Origin: a bacterium
GTDB taxonomy: Bacteria > Patescibacteriota > Patescibacteriia > Patescibacteriales > UBA12465
NCBI GenBank assembly: GCA_035402825.1
Contig: DAONDZ010000005.1
Location: forward strand, 8,276-72,275
Length of the DNA stretch: 64,000 nucleotides
Reading direction: 5' to 3'
In this document: positions 58,465-64,000 of the stretch, piece by piece
Layout of the letters: each line of letters starts with the position of its first letter
How positions within the stretch are numbered: position 1 is the stretch's first letter
Notes under the pieces: model-generated
The model's input: the letters and a program-made list of their open reading frames with translations, nothing else
Databases searched by the model: none
Told to the model about the DNA's origin: nothing
Position numbers and translations under genes: made by a program

Positions 58465-59553
58465 ATGAAAACAGTGCAATTAGTCTGCGTCTATCCTCCC
58501 TATGCCGGCGGCATTGGCACTAGCGCTTTTAATCTCAGCCGTTATTTTAGCTGGGATACCATTACCCTAAACCAGGGCGCCAACCAGCCCGCTGACCGAG
58601 TGAGCTACCTATCTCCTCTGATTAGATTTGGCCATGCCGCCTTGCCCTTCTCTTTGTTTAGCAAACTAAAACCATACGATCTAATATATTTCCACTATCC
58701 TTTCTTTGGCGCCGGATTAATCCTTTTTTTCTTCAAACTTTTTCATCCCCGAACTCGTCTCATCATCCAATATCACATGGACACCGGGGACCTAAAAGGC
58801 ATGAAAAAAATCCTAGCCTGGCCGGAAAGGATAATCAGCTACCGGCTTTTTAACTTAGCCGAAAAAATTATTGTCTCTAGTTTAGACTATGCCAAAAATA
58901 GTGAAATAAAAAGATACTATCAAAAACATCCGGACAAATTCGCCGCCGTCCCCTTTGCCATTGATACCCAAGTTTTTTGTCCGCAAGAAAATATTCAACG
59001 TGCTGACACTCAAAACATTATCTTCGTCGGCGGTTTAGACAAAGCTCATTATTTCAAAGGCGTGGATAATTTAATAATCGCTCTGAGCCGTTCCAAATTA
59101 TCAAAATGGCAATTAACCATTGCCGGCACCGGAGAGTTGGAAAAGCAATATCAGGAACTAGCTAAAAAATTAGGCGTGGGCGAAAGGGTAAAATTCTTGG
59201 GAAAATTAAACAACCAAGAAGAATTAATCGCCGCCTATCGGCAAAATGACGTCTTAGTCCTCCCTTCCATTAACAGTCATGAAGCCTTCGGCATAGTCTT
59301 AATTGAAGCCCTGGCCTGCGGTCTAGCTGTTTTAGCCTCTGATTTGCCGGGAGTGAGAAGCGTCTTTAACGAAGCAGAAGGATTAAAAGCCATTCCTAAT
59401 GATATAGAAAATTTAAAGGAAAAACTAACAGAAATATTCTCTGATCCTCAAGAACTCCTTGCCCGGAAACAAGCCGGAAGAAAACTGGCGTTAGAGAAAT
59501 ATGATACCGAGAAAATAAAAAAACAATTAAGAGAAATAATAAAAGAGGCTTAA
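58465..59553 (+). CDS. Family 1 (GT4) glycosyltransferase
   Basis: C-terminal EAFGIVLIEALACGLAV motif (E-x7-E). Confidence 0.75.
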   Translation: MKTVQLVCVYPPYAGGIGTSAFNLSRYFSWDTITLNQGANQPADRVSYLSPLIRFGHAALPFSLFSKLKPYDLIYFHYPFFGAGLILFFFKLFHPRTRLIIQYHMDTGDLKGMKKILAWPERIISYRLFNLAEKIIVSSLDYAKNSEIKRYYQKHPDKFAAVPFAIDTQVFCPQENIQRADTQNIIFVGGLDKAHYFKGVDNLIIALSRSKLSKWQLTIAGTGELEKQYQELAKKLGVGERVKFLGKLNNQEELIAAYRQNDVLVLPSINSHEAFGIVLIEALACGLAVLASDLPGVRSVFNEAEGLKAIPNDIENLKEKLTEIFSDPQELLARKQAGRKLALEKYDTEKIKKQLREIIKEA

Positions 59554-59588
59554 GCCTCTTTTTTGGTAATCAGTATTAACTCAGCAAA

Positions 59589-61439
59589 TTATTTTTTAAA
59601 CCAGAAAACATAGTCCTCGCCATTATCAATCTTCTCCCAGGAATTAGCTTCATGTTTCAAGAGTTTCACCACCCGATCAAAATCCCACCAATAATTATTA
59701 ACCACCACATAGCCCTCATCAACTCCAGCCAAGCTCAAAGCGGCCAGCACCGTCTCTCTTTTCGGTTCAGCCATTAAACTGCGGAAATACTCCTGTAATT
59801 CACCGCCGCTCTGGGTGGAATAATAAAAATAGGGGCCATAGTATTTATAAAACCCGAACTGAGAAATAGCGGCTGCTCCCACTTGCTGGTTAGCTAAAAC
59901 AATATAATCCTTCCCTGCTCCCTGAGTATGAATATAATTTACGGCTTGAATGTCGCTGGCTGAAACTGAATAGCCCTTGGAATTAAAATGAATATCATTT
60001 CTAGGGTACGCCAAATAAAAAGAAGCGGTAATTAAAAAGGAAACAAACAAAAGAATAATTGCTTTAAACAACCAGCCTTCATTATTTATCTTCTCCTCTA
60101 TTCTCTCCCCAATTAATACCAAACCCGGTAGCAAGAACAAGCTGCCGGCCAAGAGCAGACGAACGGCATAATCATATTTCTCTGTCGTGGCTAAATTAGT
60201 TAGAGGCAAGAACAAACAAAAAATATAGGCTAGAAACAAACTAGCGCCGGCTAAAACATAAGATCGCCATTCCGGCTTTTTTTTGTAAGTCCACAACATC
60301 ATCGCTATCGCCACTGCCCCTAAAATCCAGGGCCGCAAGAATTGCCAAATGTAAATAATATTACTCCACCAACTGTCGGCATTAGCCCAAGAAAAATTAA
60401 AAGCTATTTCCGGTCCGGTTAGTTTCACCGGCAAAAAGAAATAGAAAAATAACGGCCAGAAAATAGCTTGGCCCCAAAATATTAACCCCGCCCAGCGGGA
60501 AAACTTTTTTAAGATCAAGAAAGCGGTAAAAGCCAGAGCCGGGATACCAGCCAAAGGCTGAATAAAAATTGCGGCCAAAGATAAAATCAGCATGGCGGTT
60601 AATGTTTCCGAAGACGGTCTTCCCTGTTTTTGCTTTAAAGACAAGATAATCACTAACAATAAAAACAGATAGGCCAAGTTTTGCGGCACAGTATAGGTTA
60701 AGAAAGCAAACGGCCAAAGCAATAAGAGCCAGAGAACGAAATATTTGTTCTTGTTCACCGATACCTTGAAGAAAGTCAAAGGAATTAGAACGCCGGCTAA
60801 AACCGGCACCAGGAAATTATCAATCCAGCGCAAATCAATAAAACTCAAACGATGGATAATTATCTCTAAAGCATATTGGCCAGAATAATATAAAGTCTGA
60901 GGATGAATCGCCCCCTGCTTATCTATCACCGCCAAAGCAGCCCGATGTAAAAAAGGATCATAACCGTAGCCAGCGCTATAAACCAAGGGCAGAACAATAA
61001 AAGATAAAAAAATATGGCCGCCCAGGAACCAGCCGCTATATTTAGCCTGGCGATAAGCCAAAATGGCGACTACCAAAGTTAAAACAAAATAAATCAATAA
61101 AGCATAGGACGGCAAAGCTTCAAAAGGCGAAACCAAAGACCGGCCGGTGCGCGAGGAAATTATCAGTCCCAAAAAGGTTAAAAACAAAATAATATAAACC
61201 AGACTTAATCCCCAATTCGGCTGACGAGTTATCTCTTTGGTCTCAACTTGCTTCTGGCGGCTGAAATAGCGTATAATAAAAAAGGTGGAACTTAACCCTA
61301 AAATTAGGGCTAAAAATACACCGAAACTATTAAGCTGATAGCTCAAATAGACTGCCGCTCCCCAAAAGGTAACCAACCCCAGAAGCCACAATAGCGCTAA
61401 ATGATAGTTAATTTGCAAATATCTAAAAATGTTTTTCAT
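59589..61439 (-). CDS. Large polytopic membrane protein, GT-C-like / polymerase-like candidate
   Basis: 616 aa with more than 12 TM helices and a soluble C-terminal domain. Confidence 0.45.
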   Translation of the reverse strand: MKNIFRYLQINYHLALLWLLGLVTFWGAAVYLSYQLNSFGVFLALILGLSSTFFIIRYFSRQKQVETKEITRQPNWGLSLVYIILFLTFLGLIISSRTGRSLVSPFEALPSYALLIYFVLTLVVAILAYRQAKYSGWFLGGHIFLSFIVLPLVYSAGYGYDPFLHRAALAVIDKQGAIHPQTLYYSGQYALEIIIHRLSFIDLRWIDNFLVPVLAGVLIPLTFFKVSVNKNKYFVLWLLLLWPFAFLTYTVPQNLAYLFLLLVIILSLKQKQGRPSSETLTAMLILSLAAIFIQPLAGIPALAFTAFLILKKFSRWAGLIFWGQAIFWPLFFYFFLPVKLTGPEIAFNFSWANADSWWSNIIYIWQFLRPWILGAVAIAMMLWTYKKKPEWRSYVLAGASLFLAYIFCLFLPLTNLATTEKYDYAVRLLLAGSLFLLPGLVLIGERIEEKINNEGWLFKAIILLFVSFLITASFYLAYPRNDIHFNSKGYSVSASDIQAVNYIHTQGAGKDYIVLANQQVGAAAISQFGFYKYYGPYFYYSTQSGGELQEYFRSLMAEPKRETVLAALSLAGVDEGYVVVNNYWWDFDRVVKLLKHEANSWEKIDNGEDYVFWFKK

Positions 61440-61468
61440 ACACTTATTATAGCTAAAAACTCCGAAAA

Positions 61469-62575
61469 ATGAAAATTGCCATTTTAAACAACCTTTACTT
61501 CCCTCATGAAAAAGGCGGCGCTGAGAAAGCGGCGGCCAATTTGAGCGCTGAACTGAGAAATTTAGGCCATACCGTTTTTACCGTTTCTACCGCCCCCAGA
61601 ACGTATAGCGCTAATGCCAATTACTACCTTGCCTCGCAATATTATCAGCTCAGCCAAAAAAGCTGGCCCTATCGCCTGCTGTGGCAGATGAATAATCTCT
61701 ATAACCAAACTAAATACCGGGAAATAAAAAAAATCTTCCAAAAAGAAAAACCGGAATTAGTAATCACCCACAACCTAATGGGGTTGGGATTATTAATCCC
61801 GAGGCTCATCAAAGAAATAAAAGCTAAACACGTCCATATTCTTCACGATTTGCAACTGCTCTACCCCTCCGGCATTATTTTAGCCGGCCAAGAAAAAAGA
61901 TTAGACTCAACTCTAGCTAAAAAATACCAGAACCTAGCCCGGAAACTAATGGGCTCGCCCGACTTAGTCGTTTCGCCTTCCCGCTGGCTTTTAGACCTCC
62001 ACCAACAAAGAGGATTCTTTCCCCACTCGCAAACAGCCGTTCGATTAAATCCCATTAAGACTATACCGAAAATAGTCAGCGAGCGGAATCAAAAACAATT
62101 TATCTTCGTCGGCCAAATGGAAGAATCTAAAGGAGCTCCCTTCCTGTTTTCCGCTTGGCAGAAGATGCCGACGGAATATAAATTAATCATGGTGGGCTCC
62201 GGCAGCCAGCTAGAGAAACTGCAGAAATTGGCCCAAGAAAAAAATATAACTAACATTGAATTCACCGGCCGCCTAGAAATGGAAAAGGTTTTCCCACTGT
62301 TGGCTCAAAGCTCAGCACTCATTCTCCCCTCTCTAACCTATGAAAACTCTCCTAATGTGATTATCGAAGCCGCCTCGCAAGCTACCCCCACTATTGCTAG
62401 CCGTCTGGGCGGCATACCGGAGCTCATAAAACTTTGCGGCGGCGGCGAATTCTCCCCTGGCAATGAAGCTGAACTATTGGCCGCTATTCAAAAACATCTC
62501 AAAAATAATCTCAGCGTCAAAACTCTTCCGCCTGATAATTACGCCGCTTGGCTCTTAGCTAAAATATCTTCCTAA
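61469..62575 (+). CDS. Family 1 (GT4) glycosyltransferase
   Basis: GT4 C-terminal domain …LPSLTYENSPNVIIEAASQATPTIAS…. Confidence 0.7.
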   Translation: MKIAILNNLYFPHEKGGAEKAAANLSAELRNLGHTVFTVSTAPRTYSANANYYLASQYYQLSQKSWPYRLLWQMNNLYNQTKYREIKKIFQKEKPELVITHNLMGLGLLIPRLIKEIKAKHVHILHDLQLLYPSGIILAGQEKRLDSTLAKKYQNLARKLMGSPDLVVSPSRWLLDLHQQRGFFPHSQTAVRLNPIKTIPKIVSERNQKQFIFVGQMEESKGAPFLFSAWQKMPTEYKLIMVGSGSQLEKLQKLAQEKNITNIEFTGRLEMEKVFPLLAQSSALILPSLTYENSPNVIIEAASQATPTIASRLGGIPELIKLCGGGEFSPGNEAELLAAIQKHLKNNLSVKTLPPDNYAAWLLAKISS

Positions 62576-62606
62576 ACAAAAAACCCTCCGAGCGGAGGGT
62601 TTTTAA
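62575..62606. terminator. Bidirectional rho-independent terminator between convergent genes
   Basis: A-tract, then CCCUCC-GAGC-GGAGGG, then UUUUU. Confidence 0.6.
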
Positions 62607-62624
62607 ATAAGCAAATTTAAATAA

Positions 62625-63641
62625 TTAGGATTGGAACTCTTTGAGCTGACGTTTAGCCTGAAGATCAAAAACAGTTTTTTTAAGTCCGTTAGCCAAGGTC
62701 ACCACCGGCATCCAGCTTAACTCATTCTTGACGATGGTAATATCGGGCAAAGGCAATTCGCTCATGAATAATTTCTGCTCACTGTAAACCACCTTAGATT
62801 CGGAACCCAGCTCTTTAATAATTAACTGAGCAATTTCCGACAGTTTTACATCTTCGTCAGAACCGACATTGATCGGACCGGCTAAACTGGAAGCCATCAT
62901 TTTAATCGCCGCATCCACCACATCGGAAACATAGCAAAAAGAGGAAGAAAAATTTTCATCTCCGAAAATTACCAAATCTTCATTATTCATGGCGCTAAGA
63001 ATAAAGTCCGGCAGCATCTGGTCGTCGTGCAAAGTCATTCGCGGGCCATAGGTTCTAAATACGCGGATTATCTTGGCATCCAGATTATAGATATCGCGGT
63101 AATTCTTGACCATGGTCTCGGCAAAACGCTTGCCCTCGTCATAAGCGCTGCGTTCCGACAGATTATCCACTATTCCCTTAAAATCTTCCTTGATCTTGAA
63201 ACTAGTGCCCAAAGGTCGGGGGCCATAAACAACCGAGGAAGAAAAATTAACCAGCTTGGCCTGATACTTCAAAGCTAAATCCAAAGCATTCTTGATGCCT
63301 AAAGAACTGGTTAAAAGCATGCCCAAACGGTTCTCCATAAAATGCTTAGGCGAAGTCGGACAGGCTAAATAATAGATTTCTTGAACCCCCTGGAAAGCGA
63401 CCTTAAACTTCTTCAATTCAGAATGAGATTCCAAATCCAAGGGCAAAGAAATATCGTGATTGATAAAAACAAAATTAGGATTAGGCAAGAGATGCTCAAT
63501 ATTAGATTCGGTGCTGCTAGCAAAATTATCTACGCAAATGACTTTAGCCTCTTTGACTAATTCTTCGCATAAATGAGAACCGATAAAACCGGCGCCGCCG
63601 ATAATTAGGATGTTTTTCTTATCAAAAATAACTTGAGGCAT
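62625..63641 (-). CDS. NAD-dependent sugar-nucleotide epimerase/dehydratase (UDP-glucuronate decarboxylase / UDP-xylose synthase-like SDR)
   Basis: Rossmann motif GGAGFIGSHL, catalytic YxxxK (YDEGKR) and an extended-SDR length. Confidence 0.75.
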   Translation of the reverse strand: MPQVIFDKKNILIIGGAGFIGSHLCEELVKEAKVICVDNFASSTESNIEHLLPNPNFVFINHDISLPLDLESHSELKKFKVAFQGVQEIYYLACPTSPKHFMENRLGMLLTSSLGIKNALDLALKYQAKLVNFSSSVVYGPRPLGTSFKIKEDFKGIVDNLSERSAYDEGKRFAETMVKNYRDIYNLDAKIIRVFRTYGPRMTLHDDQMLPDFILSAMNNEDLVIFGDENFSSSFCYVSDVVDAAIKMMASSLAGPINVGSDEDVKLSEIAQLIIKELGSESKVVYSEQKLFMSELPLPDITIVKNELSWMPVVTLANGLKKTVFDLQAKRQLKEFQS

Positions 63642-63678
63642 ATAGATTAATAAAAATATTAGCTAATCTTAGTATAGC

Positions 63679-64000
63679 TTATTTAGCCGATAAAATAAAG
63701 CCGACCGTCAGTCCTTTATCAAAACTGTCCGAATAAGCATAGAAAGAATCTATTAAATCCCCCCGATTATTCCAAGTTCTGACATGCGGCGTTCCGCCCG
63801 GACCGGCCCCGGTGATAATCTCCACTCGGCCATCATTATTCACATCGCCGCTGGCTAGGCTGACGCCGTTTTTAAACTTTTCGTCATAAGCCAAGAAGCT
63901 CAACTTCAAGCGGCCGTCATTAGCAAAAGCCTTAACCCGCGGTTCGCTGTCTTTTATCGGCGCGACAATAATCTCATCGCGGCTACGATCCAAGCGGCCA
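63679..64000 (-). CDS. FG-GAP/VCBS-repeat-like protein, partial (the ORF stays open to the window edge)
   Basis: DVNNDGRVEIITGAGPGG calcium-binding FG-GAP-like repeat; no stop codon in frame up to position 64000. Confidence 0.4.
   Translation of the reverse strand, partial: GRLDRSRDEIIVAPIKDSEPRVKAFANDGRLKLSFLAYDEKFKNGVSLASGDVNNDGRVEIITGAGPGGTPHVRTWNNRGDLIDSFYAYSDSFDKGLTVGFILSAK

Noticed and set aside
1-64000. CRISPR arrays, rRNA genes and additional tRNAs
   Set aside because: No regularly spaced direct repeats of 25-40 nt, no rRNA-like conserved stretches, and no other cloverleaf-like GC-rich islands were noticed in intergenic regions on manual reading. A tRNAscan, Infernal and CRISPR-finder run is still advisable.

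Overview
This 64 kb window has two compositionally distinct parts, both read from the sequence alone. Its gene organisation suggests a small-genome, Patescibacteria/CPR-like bacterium.

(1) Positions 1 to about 9.0 kb are a strongly AT-rich accessory island:
- a type I restriction-modification module, with a small HTH gene, hsdM, hsdS and a partial PIN-like ORF running off the window edge; no hsdR is inside the window;
- several hypothetical genes;
- a P-loop (SF3-helicase/primase-C-like) replication protein, followed by a GACAA-repeat, AT-rich, ORF-free region;
- a promoter-driven, highly structured about 160-nt RNA element with a mutually exclusive terminator;
- a small membrane-anchored protein;
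- a large serine recombinase whose 3' end runs into a tRNA gene.

(2) That tRNA, most likely tRNA-Asn(GUU), lies on the minus strand at 8981..9609. Its anticodon loop is split by an about 557-nt group I intron. Recognisable Q, R and S core elements are visible, and the intron carries an HNH homing-endonuclease ORF.

(3) The remainder is core genome, almost all on the minus strand:
- dnaG-rpoD, scpAB, a PBP5-like carboxypeptidase, adjacent AsnRS and archaeal-type AspRS, recO, ruvX and map;
- a large type IV pilin-like gene inserted as its own transcription unit between secY and map;
- the S10-spc-alpha ribosomal protein superoperon, with no L30, no adk, and an rpoA lacking the alpha-CTD;
- the str operon (rpsL-rpsG-fusA, an unknown ORF, tuf);
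- rpmB, a ComEC-like protein and prfB;
- the infA-rpmJ-rpsM-rpsK-rpsD-rpoA-rplQ and rplM-rpsI units;
- a mur/ftsW/mraY operon with an embedded ABC exporter;
- a glycosyltransferase/UDP-sugar cluster.

Several sigma70-like promoters and intrinsic terminators are readable directly. No rRNA or CRISPR array was seen.
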